Positions 21,244-31,208 of a stretch of 64,000 nucleotides of DNA are shown in pieces. The notes under the pieces are model-generated. The model was not told the origin of the DNA. It searched no databases and was given only the letters and a program-made list of their open reading frames with translations. The stretch's first letter is position 1; every line of letters starts with the position of its first letter. Origin of the DNA: an uncultured Sterolibacterium sp. (GTDB lineage: Bacteria; Pseudomonadota; Gammaproteobacteria; Burkholderiales; Rhodocyclaceae); NCBI GenBank assembly GCA_903832735.1, contig CAILCO010000058.1, positions 1,018 through 65,017 of the forward strand, written 5' to 3'. The position numbers and the translations under genes were made by a program.

Positions 21244-22268
21244 GCGGCGAGCGTCCCCTGGCAATAGTCGGCAGCTTCGTAGGATAACTGATCGTTGGCG
21301 GCGGCATGACCGAGAAAAAATTCGTCTGCCGCCGCGAGCTGTAGATCGACATTGTCGAGCTGGTTCATGGCATGTCGAAAATGCGCCGAGCCGATCAAGC
21401 CCTTGGTGTACCAGGCAATGTGCTTGCGCGCGATTCTGACGCCGGTCTCTTCGCCGTAAAAGGCGTAGAGATCGGCCAGATGGCGAAGCAGTATCTGGTG
21501 TATCTCGGCGGTAGAGGGCGGCGGCAAGGTCTCGCCGGTCGTCAGGTAATGTGCTATCTCGCGGAAGATCCAGGGCCTGCCCTGCGCAGCGCGACCGATC
21601 ATGACGCCGTCGGCGCCGGTATAGTCGAGCACGAAGCGGGCTTTCTGCGGCGTGGTGATGTCGCCGTTGGCGATGACGGGAATGCGCACCTTCGCTTTCA
21701 CCAGGGCGATGGTGTCGTATTCGGCATCGCCGTGATATTGGTCGGCGCGGGTGCGGCCGTGGATGGCGATGGCGCGGATGCCGCAGTCCTCGGCGATGCG
21801 GGCGATGGCGACGGCATTCTTGTTTTCGCGATTCCAGCCGGTGCGGAATTTCAACGTCACCGGCGTATCGGGTACCGCGCCGACCACTGCCTCGAGGATC
21901 TTCGCGACCAGCGGCTCGTCCTGCATCAGTGCCGAGCCGGCCATGACGTTGCAGACCTTTTTGGCCGGGCAGCCCATGTTGATGTCGATGATCTGCGCAC
22001 CGCTATCGACGTTGTACCTTGCCGCCTCGGCCATCATGCGCGGGTCGGCACCGGCGATCTGCACTGAGATCGGATCCACTTCGCCCTCGTGATCGGCGCG
22101 GCGGCGGGTCTTGGCACTGCCGTAGAGCAGCGAGTTGCAGGTGACCATTTCCGATATCGCCAGGCCGGCACCCAGTTCTTTGCAGAGTTGGCGAAATGGA
22201 CGATCGGTCACGCCGGCCATGGGCGCGACGAAGAGATTATTCTGCAGGGTGAATCCGGCAAATTGCAT
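21240..22268 (-). CDS. dusB: tRNA-dihydrouridine synthase B
   Basis: 342 aa. APMAGVTDRPFR, DINMGCPAKK. Conserved dusB-fis pair. Confidence 0.93.
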   Translation of the reverse strand: MQFAGFTLQNNLFVAPMAGVTDRPFRQLCKELGAGLAISEMVTCNSLLYGSAKTRRRADHEGEVDPISVQIAGADPRMMAEAARYNVDSGAQIIDINMGCPAKKVCNVMAGSALMQDEPLVAKILEAVVGAVPDTPVTLKFRTGWNRENKNAVAIARIAEDCGIRAIAIHGRTRADQYHGDAEYDTIALVKAKVRIPVIANGDITTPQKARFVLDYTGADGVMIGRAAQGRPWIFREIAHYLTTGETLPPPSTAEIHQILLRHLADLYAFYGEETGVRIARKHIAWYTKGLIGSAHFRHAMNQLDNVDLQLAAADEFFLGHAAANDQLSYEAADYCQGTLAA

Positions 22269-22322
22269 GGGCGGATCGCGGAATGTGGACGTGGGGGAGG
22301 GCGCAATTCTACCGCAAAGTTC

Positions 22323-23462
22323 CTACCACGCGCGGGCTCCATAAATCATCCGCCGGGCGACGAAAGCGCGCAGCGGCGGCAGCAGATCGAGGGCCAGGAG
22401 GCCCAGGCCGCGCGCCTCCCGGAACAGCGGCAGGTCATTACCGAAGAGTTGGATCAGCGCGTCGGTAAAGCCGATGGTGGCATTCCGGTCCTGGCTGCGT
22501 GCCGCAGCGTAGCGCGTGAGGTGGCGCGCGTCGCCCGGGTCTTCGGCGTTCGGCAGGTTGCGCGCCAGTTCCCAGACGTCGCGCAGCGCCAGGTTGAATC
22601 CCTGGCCGGCCACCGGATGCAGCGTTTGTGCGGCATTGCCGAGCCAGACCGAACGTTGCCCGACCGGCGAACGTCGATAGCGAAGCTGCAGGGGAAACAT
22701 CCGGCGCTTCGACGCCGCGGTGAACTTCAGCCGCGTGCCAAAATGCGCCTGCAGGCGGGCCAGAAAATCCGCATCGTCGAGATTCGCCAGCGCACCGGCT
22801 AGTTCGGCTGGGCAGGTGTAGACCACGGCCATCTCTTCCTTGCTCGGCAGCAGTGCCAACGGCCCCTGCGTCGTGAACCGCTCGTAGGCGACGTTGCCGT
22901 GCGGCGTGGCCGTGTTCACGGTGCAGATCACGGCGCTCTGGCCGTAGTCGCGCACTACCGTGCCGGCGTCCGCCGCCATCATGCCTTCGGCGTAGATGAC
23001 GAGTTGCGCCGACCGCTCATCGCTGGCCGTGAATAACTGGGACGATTCGGTCCCGGTGACCACGCGTTCGACCCTGGCGAGATCATGATAGGGGATATCG
23101 GCAACGGCAAGCGCATCGTCGAGCGCCGCGCCGACACTGGCCGCCGTGGCGACATAGCCCAACGCCGGCAGACCTTGTTCCAGAGCCGTCAACCGGGTGC
23201 GGCCGAAGCCGCCTTTCTGCGAAACGTGGATGGCCGCTATCGGCGTCGCAGCGATCCGTCGCCAGACTCCCAGCCACTCCAGGATCTGGCGCGAACCGTG
23301 CGACAGGGCGAGGATGCGCGGATCCTCCCGCACCGCGCCGCGCGCCCGTGCTTCGAAGATTTGTCCGCGGCTGCCGTGGCCGGCCAGCGCCAGCGCCAGG
23401 GCCATGCCCGCTGGTCCGCCGCCGATGATGGCGATGGGCAGCGTTTCTGTTTCAGCGGCCAT
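22323..23462 (-). CDS. ubiH: UbiH/UbiF/VisC-family FAD-dependent ubiquinone-biosynthesis hydroxylase
   Basis: 379 aa with FAD fingerprint IIGGGPAGMALALAL. It lies immediately downstream of pepP, as in the E. coli pepP-ubiH arrangement. The paralogue assignment is tentative. Confidence 0.75.
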   Translation of the reverse strand: MAAETETLPIAIIGGGPAGMALALALAGHGSRGQIFEARARGAVREDPRILALSHGSRQILEWLGVWRRIAATPIAAIHVSQKGGFGRTRLTALEQGLPALGYVATAASVGAALDDALAVADIPYHDLARVERVVTGTESSQLFTASDERSAQLVIYAEGMMAADAGTVVRDYGQSAVICTVNTATPHGNVAYERFTTQGPLALLPSKEEMAVVYTCPAELAGALANLDDADFLARLQAHFGTRLKFTAASKRRMFPLQLRYRRSPVGQRSVWLGNAAQTLHPVAGQGFNLALRDVWELARNLPNAEDPGDARHLTRYAAARSQDRNATIGFTDALIQLFGNDLPLFREARGLGLLALDLLPPLRAFVARRMIYGARAW

Positions 23463-24750
23463 CGCGCATCACTGCCTCGATGGCCGCGATGGTTTTCGGT
23501 GCCTCGTGGGAAATGATCTCGCAGCCGGAGGCCGTGACCAGGGCATCATCCTCGATGCGCACGCCGATGTCGTGGAAAGCCGCAGGGATATCGTCTGCGG
23601 CACGGATGTAGCAGCCCGGTTCTATCGTCAGCATCATGCCCGGTTGCAGGCTCTGCCATTGTTCGCCCTGTTTGTATTCTCCGGTGTCATGGACGTCCAG
23701 GCCCAGCCAATGGCTGGTGCGATGCATGTAGAAGCGCTTGTAGGCTTCCGACTCGATGTTGCCGTCCACCGTGCCATGGAGCAGTTTGAGGTCGAGCATG
23801 CCGCGCACCAGAATTTTCAGCGCCGCCTCATGCGGATCGTTGAATCTGGCGCCGGCGCGGACGGCGGCAATCGCCGCTGTTTGGACATCGAGCACCAGAC
23901 CATAGACGTCGGCCTGAGGGCCGCTGAAGCGACCATTCACGGGGAAGCTGCGGGTGATGTCCGAGGCGTAGCCGTCGAGTTCGCAACCGGCGTCGATGAG
24001 CAGCATCTCCCCGTCCTTGAGGGCGCGATTGTTATCGACATAGTGCAGGATGCAGGCGTTGGCGCCGCCTGCGACGATGCTGGTATAGGCGGGCGCCTGA
24101 CTGCCGCTGGCGCGGAATTCGTGGAGCAGCTCGGCTTCGATCTGATATTCGAACTTGCCCGGGGCGGTGGCGCGCATGGCGCGACTATGCGCCGCCGCCG
24201 AAATGCTGGCGGCGCGCCGCATCACGGCGATCTCCTGCTCGTCCTTGATCAGACGCATGGCATCGACGGTCAAGCGCACATCGTGGATCGCCGTCGGCGC
24301 ATGACTGCCGCTGCGTGACTGCTCCCGGACCGCATTGAGCGCCCGGGTGATGCGTTCGTCCCAGGCCTGCTCATGGCCCAGCGAGAACCACAGCGACGGC
24401 TGGTTGGCGAGGAGTTCCGGAAGCATCTGATCGAGACTGTCGATAGCATGCGCGGCGTCGAAGCCGAAGTGTTCGCATGCGGCTTCCGGGCCGAAGCGAT
24501 GACCGGTCCAGGTCTCCTTGTCGGCATCCTTGTCGCGGCAGAACAGCAGACTCCTCGGTGTGTCGCCCGCGATCAGCACCAGCACCGCCTCCGGCTCCGG
24601 GAATGCACAGAGGTAATGAAAATAGCTGTCGGCGCGGTAAGGATAATGGCTGTCGCGATTGCGCAATCGTTCCGGCGCCGTGGGAATCACTGCCACTCCG
24701 GTCCCCATGCGCGCAAGCAGGCGTGCGCGGCGGTTTTTGAAGGTGTCCAT
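23452..24750 (-). CDS. pepP: Xaa-Pro aminopeptidase (M24B)
   Basis: 432 aa from ATG 24750 (MDTFKNRRARLL). Metal-site segments: LIDAGCELDGYASDITR, HRTSHWLGLDVHD. Confidence 0.9.
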   Translation of the reverse strand: MDTFKNRRARLLARMGTGVAVIPTAPERLRNRDSHYPYRADSYFHYLCAFPEPEAVLVLIAGDTPRSLLFCRDKDADKETWTGHRFGPEAACEHFGFDAAHAIDSLDQMLPELLANQPSLWFSLGHEQAWDERITRALNAVREQSRSGSHAPTAIHDVRLTVDAMRLIKDEQEIAVMRRAASISAAAHSRAMRATAPGKFEYQIEAELLHEFRASGSQAPAYTSIVAGGANACILHYVDNNRALKDGEMLLIDAGCELDGYASDITRSFPVNGRFSGPQADVYGLVLDVQTAAIAAVRAGARFNDPHEAALKILVRGMLDLKLLHGTVDGNIESEAYKRFYMHRTSHWLGLDVHDTGEYKQGEQWQSLQPGMMLTIEPGCYIRAADDIPAAFHDIGVRIEDDALVTASGCEIISHEAPKTIAAIEAVMRDGR

Positions 24751-24757
24751 AGAAAGA

Positions 24758-25456
24758 TTATACGTCCGGCGATTGCGCGCGCAGTTCCTGATCGAGCGTG
24801 GCCAGGCGCGTTGGCGTGCCGACATCGGTCCAGCGCCCGGCGTAGTACTCGCCGACTACAAGATCCGTCGCCATGGCGGCGACGAGCAAGGGCGCAAGTT
24901 TCGCCGATTGCCCGCGGGAGATCGTCGCGAAGAGCGCCGGGTCGTAGATGCCGATGCCGGAAAAGGTCAGTCGTGGCGCTCCTGCGCTCAGGATGCGGCC
25001 TTCTTGCAGGAAAAAATCCCCGTCCGGGTGATGCGGCGGGTTGGCAACCAAAACGAGGTGAGCGAGTTTCCGGCGCGACGCCAGGCCGCGCGCGATGGCC
25101 GGAGCCTGGCCCAGATCCCATTCGCAGTAGATGTCGCCATTGACCACCAGGAAGCACTCCTCGCCCAGCAGGGGCAAGGCATTCCTGATGCCGCCAGCGG
25201 TTTCCAGTGCGCCTTGGGTTTCCGCCGACCAGAGGATCTTCAGATCGAAAGCCCGTCCATCGCCGAGGCGATCGAGCAGCATCGCCCCCAGGTGCGCATG
25301 GTTGATGACCACCTCGCGGATGCCGGCACGCGCCAGGCGTTCGAGGTGCCAACAGATCAGTGGCTTGCCCCCGGCGGTCAGGAGCGGCTTGGGGCAGGCA
25401 TCGGTCAGCGGTCGCATACGCTCGCCGCGGCCGGCAGCAAGTATCATGGCTTTCAT
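24758..25456 (-). CDS. murU: N-acetylmuramate alpha-1-phosphate uridylyltransferase (MurU-like nucleotidyltransferase)
   Basis: 232 aa with G-loop MKAMILAAGRGERMRPLT. It is paired with an AmgK-like kinase next to lptD, as described for Pseudomonas. Confidence 0.75.
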   Translation of the reverse strand: MKAMILAAGRGERMRPLTDACPKPLLTAGGKPLICWHLERLARAGIREVVINHAHLGAMLLDRLGDGRAFDLKILWSAETQGALETAGGIRNALPLLGEECFLVVNGDIYCEWDLGQAPAIARGLASRRKLAHLVLVANPPHHPDGDFFLQEGRILSAGAPRLTFSGIGIYDPALFATISRGQSAKLAPLLVAAMATDLVVGEYYAGRWTDVGTPTRLATLDQELRAQSPDV

Positions 25457-25466
25457 TGTCTGCTGG

Positions 25467-26483
25467 TCAAAACGAGTAGCCGACCTGGGCCGCGCGATTT
25501 TCCAGTTCGTCGATGAGTTTCAGGAGCGGCCCGAGCGCACGGTAGCGATTGCAGGTCTTGCGCAGATAAGCAGCGACCAGGGGCATGTCCTTGAGATAGC
25601 CGTCCTTGCCGTCGCGATGGCACAGGCGGGCGAAGATGCCGAGCACCTTGAGGTGGCGCTGCACACCCATCCACTCGTAGTTGCGAAAAAAATCGGCGAA
25701 GTCTGCAGGCACCGGCAGTCCGACTTTCCGGGCCTGTTCCCAGTAGCGGATCAGCCAGTCCAGGGTCTGCTCCTCATCCCATGCAATGTAGGCATCCTTG
25801 AACAGGGAGACCAGGTCGTAGCTGATCGGGCCAAGGACCGCGTCCTGGAAATCGATGATGCCGGGGTTGCCGCCCTGGCCACCGGCAATTTTCATCAGAT
25901 TGCGCGAGTGGTAATCGCGGTGCACGAACACCCGCGCTTCGGCGAGATTGGCGGCCATGATCAGGTCGAAACTCTGTCTGATCACCTCACGCTGCGTTTC
26001 GGTCAGCGTGGCGCCCAGGTGTTTTGCCACGTACCAGTCGGGAAAGAGTTCCAGTTCCCGGCGCAACAGGGCCTGATCGTATTCGGGCAACATGCCCGGG
26101 CGGCTGGCAAGCTGGATGCGGATCAGGGACGAGACCGCGTCGGCATAGAGTTCGTCGGCGTTTCCGCTGTCGCCATCCTGCAAGGCCTCGAGGTAGGTGC
26201 TGCGACCGAGATCCGAAAGCAGCAGGAAGCCCTGGTCGAGATCTTGTGCCAGCACTTCGGGCACGTGAGTCCCAGCCTCAAGAAAGAGCCGCTGCACGGC
26301 CAGCCAGGGTCGGCAGTCCTCTTGCGCGGGCGGGGCGTCCATGACGATGACCGTCGAACTTCCTTCCAGGGAGGCACGGAAGTAGCGTCGGAAACTTGCG
26401 TCGGTCGAGGCCGACGAGAGTGTGACAGGGCGACCCGGATACAGCCGGGCAAGCCAGGACTCGATTTGTCGGCTTCGTTCCAT
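25467..26483 (-). CDS. amgK: Anomeric MurNAc/GlcNAc kinase (AmgK-like, aminoglycoside-phosphotransferase fold)
   Basis: 338 aa. APH/choline-kinase-type catalytic loop VFVHRDYHSRNLM and IIDFQDA. Confidence 0.75.
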   Translation of the reverse strand: MERSRQIESWLARLYPGRPVTLSSASTDASFRRYFRASLEGSSTVIVMDAPPAQEDCRPWLAVQRLFLEAGTHVPEVLAQDLDQGFLLLSDLGRSTYLEALQDGDSGNADELYADAVSSLIRIQLASRPGMLPEYDQALLRRELELFPDWYVAKHLGATLTETQREVIRQSFDLIMAANLAEARVFVHRDYHSRNLMKIAGGQGGNPGIIDFQDAVLGPISYDLVSLFKDAYIAWDEEQTLDWLIRYWEQARKVGLPVPADFADFFRNYEWMGVQRHLKVLGIFARLCHRDGKDGYLKDMPLVAAYLRKTCNRYRALGPLLKLIDELENRAAQVGYSF

Positions 26484-26552
26484 TTGGCGCTTTCCGGGCG
26501 GGCCCCCCGGTAAATGCTAGAATTTGCCATTCTATCAACAGACAGCAAGGGC

Positions 26553-28901
26553 ATGCATTTTCCGAGGCGCGGGCAATTCCTGACAGTTGCAATGCTTGCC
26601 GCCTGCTTCTGCAGCATGGGCAACACTAGTGCCGCCGAGATTCTGCCGCCGCCGCGCAGCGAACCGTCGCCGGCCGAGGCGTATGCTCCTGACGGACCGG
26701 TGCTGAAGTTGACGCGGCGACTGCCGCAGGTGCGCGAGGACCATGAGCCGCGTCCGACCTTCGTTGCCGCCGACAAGATCATCGGCAAGACCGACGTCGA
26801 GACTGTGCTCGAAGGCGATGTTGAACTGCGCCAGCTAGGCAAGGTCCTGACGACCGATCGCCTCACCTATTGGTCAGATCGGGACGAGGTCGAGGCGCTG
26901 GGGCGCGTGCGACTCACCACGGACGTCAATGTCATCACCGGCCCGAAGTTGCGCCTGAAGCTCGATGACAACATCGGCTATTTCGACGAGCCGCAATATT
27001 CGATCACCCAACAGGCGCCGCACGCCAATACGGGCGAGGCCCTGCCGCCGACCACCGGCTCCGGTCACGCCAAGCGTATCGATTTCGAGGGCGAGGATCA
27101 CTACCGCCTGAGCGATGCCACCTACAGCACCTGCTCCGCGAGCAATCCCGACTGGTATGCCCGGGCCGTCAATATCAGTCTCGACTATGAACGCGATGAG
27201 GGTGAGGCATCGGATGCCACGCTGATCTTCAAGGGTATCCCGATGCTGTATACGCCCTGGCTCAGTTTCTCGCTCAATAACCAGCGCAAGAGCGGTATTC
27301 TGACGCCGACCTTGGGCAGCACCAGTAAAAGTGGACTGGAAATGAGCCTGCCGGCCTACTGGAACATCGCAGCCAACATGGATGCGACCATTGCGCCACG
27401 CGTCATGAGCAAACGCGGCGTGCAATGGGACGGAGAGTTCCGCTATCTCGAAGACAATTACAGCGGCACGCTGCGCGGCGAGTACCTGCCAGACGATCAG
27501 GTGACCCACACGACGCGCAGCATGTTTGCCATTCAGCACAAGGAAAACTTCGGCCGTGGCTTTTCGGGCAGTCTCGATCTCAACGGCGTCTCCGATAATA
27601 CCTACTTTAGCGATCTCTCCACGAATATCTCGAATATCGCGCAGAGCAACCTCCTGCGTCAGGGCACGCTCTCCTATGGCAGCAGTTGGTGGAATGCCCG
27701 GATCATGGCGCAAAGTTTCCAGACCTTGCAGGATCCGGCCTTGCCGCCGGTCGTCGAGCCCTACCATCGCCTGCCGCAACTCATCCTGAAGGCCAACCGC
27801 AGCGATCTTCTGCTGGGCAGCGACTTCGCCTTCAAAGCCGAGTACGTGAACTTCAGCAACGCTACACTCGTGGCAGGCAAGCGCAGCACGTTGTACCCTC
27901 AGCTGTCCCTGCCCCTGCAGAGCTCGGCGTTTTATTTCACGCCGAAGATCGGCCTGAGTTCAACGAGCTACAGTCTTGAGCGGCAGGATCCTGGCACGCC
28001 TGCCCAACTCACCCGCAACCTGGCGATCGCCAGCGTGGACAGCGGCGTGGTCTTCGAGCGGAATACCGACTGGTTCGGCCCGGTTCTGACCCAGACGCTC
28101 GAACCCCGGCTGTATTACCTCTATGTGCCGGCACGCGACCAGCACCTGATTCCGGTGTTCGACTCCGGGCTTGCCGATTTCAATTTCGCCCAGATATTTT
28201 CCGACAACCGCTACAGCGGCGGCGACCGCATCGGCGATGCGAACCAGATTACCACCGCACTCAGTTCGCGCCTGATCGATCCTGCCAGCGGTGCCGAACT
28301 GATACGTGCGATGATCGGCCAACGCTACTACTTCACCCAGCAGGAGGTGACGTTGCCCGGCGAGATCCCCCGCGGCAGCAAGGCGTCGGATCTTCTCGCA
28401 GCGGTCTCCGGCCAAGTGCTGCCGAAGATCTTCGTGGACAGCGCCTGGGACTACAACCTGCAGCAGGGGCAGACCAACCGGCTCTCCCTCACCGGTCGTT
28501 ATCTGCCCGAGCTCGGCAAGGTCTTGAACGCCGGCTACCGCTATAACCGCGACCTGATCACGGCGGTCAATGGCGAGAAGCAGATCGATCTCTCGGCGCA
28601 ATGGCCGCTCTCCGGCCGCTGGTACGGCGTCGGCCGCTACAATTACTCGTTGCTCGACAAGCGCATCATCGAAACCGTCGGCGGCCTCGAATATGATGGC
28701 GGCTGTTGGCTTGGACGCATCGTCCTGCACCGCATGGCGACAGCCACCGGCTCTTCCAGCACCGGATTTTTCATTCAACTGGAGCTGAACGGATTTGCCA
28801 GCATCGGCTCAAATTCGATGGATCTCTTGAAGCGCAATATTCCCGGTTACGGCCGGATCAACCAGTCCGGCGCGACCTCAAGTCCGACCCCGACCTTCTG
28901 A
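26553..28901 (+). CDS. lptD: LPS-assembly outer-membrane protein LptD
   Basis: 782 aa from ATG 26553. Signal peptide MHFPRRGQFLTVAMLAACFCSMGNTSA, OstA-like N-terminal domain, then a large beta-barrel. Conserved lptD-surA-pdxA-rsmA order. Confidence 0.92.
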   Translation: MHFPRRGQFLTVAMLAACFCSMGNTSAAEILPPPRSEPSPAEAYAPDGPVLKLTRRLPQVREDHEPRPTFVAADKIIGKTDVETVLEGDVELRQLGKVLTTDRLTYWSDRDEVEALGRVRLTTDVNVITGPKLRLKLDDNIGYFDEPQYSITQQAPHANTGEALPPTTGSGHAKRIDFEGEDHYRLSDATYSTCSASNPDWYARAVNISLDYERDEGEASDATLIFKGIPMLYTPWLSFSLNNQRKSGILTPTLGSTSKSGLEMSLPAYWNIAANMDATIAPRVMSKRGVQWDGEFRYLEDNYSGTLRGEYLPDDQVTHTTRSMFAIQHKENFGRGFSGSLDLNGVSDNTYFSDLSTNISNIAQSNLLRQGTLSYGSSWWNARIMAQSFQTLQDPALPPVVEPYHRLPQLILKANRSDLLLGSDFAFKAEYVNFSNATLVAGKRSTLYPQLSLPLQSSAFYFTPKIGLSSTSYSLERQDPGTPAQLTRNLAIASVDSGVVFERNTDWFGPVLTQTLEPRLYYLYVPARDQHLIPVFDSGLADFNFAQIFSDNRYSGGDRIGDANQITTALSSRLIDPASGAELIRAMIGQRYYFTQQEVTLPGEIPRGSKASDLLAAVSGQVLPKIFVDSAWDYNLQQGQTNRLSLTGRYLPELGKVLNAGYRYNRDLITAVNGEKQIDLSAQWPLSGRWYGVGRYNYSLLDKRIIETVGGLEYDGGCWLGRIVLHRMATATGSSSTGFFIQLELNGFASIGSNSMDLLKRNIPGYGRINQSGATSSPTPTF

Positions 28902-28911
28902 ACGGAATCCC

Positions 28912-30210
28912 ATGAGCTTATTTCGACTCCTCTGCCTCGCCACTCTCCTGCTCGGGTCCGTTGCCCGAGCCCAGACCATCAAGCCGGTCGAGGCCGACCG
29001 GATCGCCGCCGTGGTCAACAACGAGGCGATCACCGCGAACGAATTGCGCACGCGGATCGCCTCGGTGGAAAGACAATTGCGCAGCCAGGGCACCTCGTTG
29101 CCGCCGCGCGATGTTCTGGAGAAGCAAATGCTCGAGCGCATGATCATCGATCGCATCCAGCTTCAGTTCGCCAAGGAAACCTCGACTCGCGTCGATGACG
29201 GCCAACTCGACGCCGCCTTGCGCCGTATTGCCGAGAGCAACCGGATGAGCCTGCCCGAATTCAAGCTGGCGCTGGAGAAGGATGGCATCGAATGGGCCCG
29301 GTTCCGTGAGGAAATCCGCGAAGAGATGACCATCTCGCGGATTCGCGAACGCGAAGTGGATAACCGCATCACGATCTCGGAGGGAGAGATCGACAACTAT
29401 CTGGCGACTCCTCAGAGTACCGCCAGCGCCAACGAGGAGGTGAATCTTGCCCACATCTTGATGCGCGTGCCGGAACAGGCCAGCCCCGACCAGTTGTTGC
29501 GCATTCGTGCCCGCGCGGAGCAGGCCTTGCTCGCCGCCAGACGCGGCGACGATTTCGCCAAGCTGGCGGCGAGCTACTCCGATGCGCCAGATGCATTGAG
29601 CGGCGGCTCGATCGGGCTGCGGCCGTTGAGCCGGCTGCCGGGCCTCTATGCTGATGCGGCGCAGCTACTGAAGCCTGGCGAGATCAGCGATATCTTGCGC
29701 AGCCCCGCCGGCTTGCACATCATCAAGCTGATCGAACGCCGCGGCGGTACCGCGTCGGCACAGTCGGTCCGCCAGACGCATGCCCGCCACATCCTGATCA
29801 AGGTCAACGAACTGGTGCCGGATGCGGAAGGCAAGCGCAAACTGGAAGTGCTCAAAGAGCGCCTGGACAATGGCGCCGATTTTGCCGAACTGGCGAAGCT
29901 CAATTCCAATGATCTCTCCGCGTCCAAGGGCGGCGATCTGGGCTGGCTCTATCCCGGCGATACCGTGCCGGAGTTCGAAAAGGCGATGGATGGTCTGAAG
30001 ATCAACGAGATCAGTCAGCCGGTGCGCTCGCAGTTCGGCTGGCACTTGATTCAGCTCCTCGAGCGGCGCGTCGGCGATGCCTCTGCGGAACGCCAGCGCC
30101 AGCTCGCGCGCCAGGCCTTGCGCGAGCGCAAGTCTGACGAGGCCTACCAGGACTGGCTGCGCCAGATGCGCGACGCCGCCTACGTCGAATATCGCCTGGA
30201 GGAAAAGTAG
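28912..30210 (+). CDS. surA: Periplasmic chaperone / peptidyl-prolyl isomerase SurA
   Basis: 432 aa. Signal peptide and two parvulin domains (ARHILIK..., GGDLGWLYPGD, FGWHLIQL). Confidence 0.93.
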   Translation: MSLFRLLCLATLLLGSVARAQTIKPVEADRIAAVVNNEAITANELRTRIASVERQLRSQGTSLPPRDVLEKQMLERMIIDRIQLQFAKETSTRVDDGQLDAALRRIAESNRMSLPEFKLALEKDGIEWARFREEIREEMTISRIREREVDNRITISEGEIDNYLATPQSTASANEEVNLAHILMRVPEQASPDQLLRIRARAEQALLAARRGDDFAKLAASYSDAPDALSGGSIGLRPLSRLPGLYADAAQLLKPGEISDILRSPAGLHIIKLIERRGGTASAQSVRQTHARHILIKVNELVPDAEGKRKLEVLKERLDNGADFAELAKLNSNDLSASKGGDLGWLYPGDTVPEFEKAMDGLKINEISQPVRSQFGWHLIQLLERRVGDASAERQRQLARQALRERKSDEAYQDWLRQMRDAAYVEYRLEEK

Positions 30211-30212
30211 CC

Positions 30213-31208
30213 TTGGGTCAGGTTGAGCAGGCATGCCCGGTGATCGCCGTGACCTCGGGCGAGCCGGCGGGGATAGGCCCGGACATCTGTCTTGCGCTCG
30301 CCACGCGGAAGTTTGCGGCACGGGTCGTCGTCATCGCCGACCGTGATTTGTTGATTGCGCGCGCCGGTCAGTCGGGCATGAAGCTGGCGGATTACCGATG
30401 CGCAATTTCAGCACCCCCGGGCGTGCTCGAAGTGCTTCATGTGCCACTCGCCGCAGCGGTCCGACCAGGGCATCTCGATCCCGCCAATGCCCGTTATGTG
30501 CTGGCACTGATCGATCGCGCCCTGGCCGGCTGCCAGAGCGGCGAATTCGCTGCGCTGGTTACGGCGCCGGTGCACAAGGGCGTCATCAATGATGCCGGGA
30601 TTCCCTTCACCGGCCACACCGAATACCTCGCCCTGCACACCGGCACTCGCCGTGTCGTCATGATGCTCGCGGGTGCCGGTCTGCGCGTGGCCCTGGCGAC
30701 AACGCACCTGGCCTTGAGTGCAGTCCCGGCGGCGATCAAGCGGGACGATCTGGAAACGACTATCCGCATCCTGCACGAGGATCTGGTCGTCAAGTTCGGC
30801 ATCGCAAAGCCGCGCATCCTGGTCGCCGGCCTCAACCCGCATGCCGGAGAAGGCGGGCATATGGGCCGGGAGGAGATCGAGGTGATCGCCCCGGTCATAG
30901 CCAAGTTGCGCAGCGAGGGCATGGACCTCGTCGGCCCGCTACCGGCCGATACGCTGTTTACCCGTCGCGTGCTGGCGGGTTCCGATGCCCAGTTGGCGAT
31001 GTATCACGACCAGGGCCTGGCCGTGCTCAAGTACGCCGCCTTCGAGGATGGCGTGAACATCACCCTGGGCCTGCCGATCGTGCGCACCTCGGTCGATCAC
31101 GGCACGGCACTCGATCTTGCCGGCACCGGCCGCGCCGATCCGGAGAGCCTGTTCGCGGCGATAGCAACCGCCATCACCCTGGCCGGCACGAGAACGCTGT
31201 CGCAATGA
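30213..31208 (+). CDS. pdxA: 4-hydroxythreonine-4-phosphate dehydrogenase
   Basis: About 331 aa. The start is ambiguous (TTG 30213 or GTG 30240). Motifs: [32 protein letters not shown]. Confidence 0.92.
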   Translation: MGQVEQACPVIAVTSGEPAGIGPDICLALATRKFAARVVVIADRDLLIARAGQSGMKLADYRCAISAPPGVLEVLHVPLAAAVRPGHLDPANARYVLALIDRALAGCQSGEFAALVTAPVHKGVINDAGIPFTGHTEYLALHTGTRRVVMMLAGAGLRVALATTHLALSAVPAAIKRDDLETTIRILHEDLVVKFGIAKPRILVAGLNPHAGEGGHMGREEIEVIAPVIAKLRSEGMDLVGPLPADTLFTRRVLAGSDAQLAMYHDQGLAVLKYAAFEDGVNITLGLPIVRTSVDHGTALDLAGTGRADPESLFAAIATAITLAGTRTLSQ

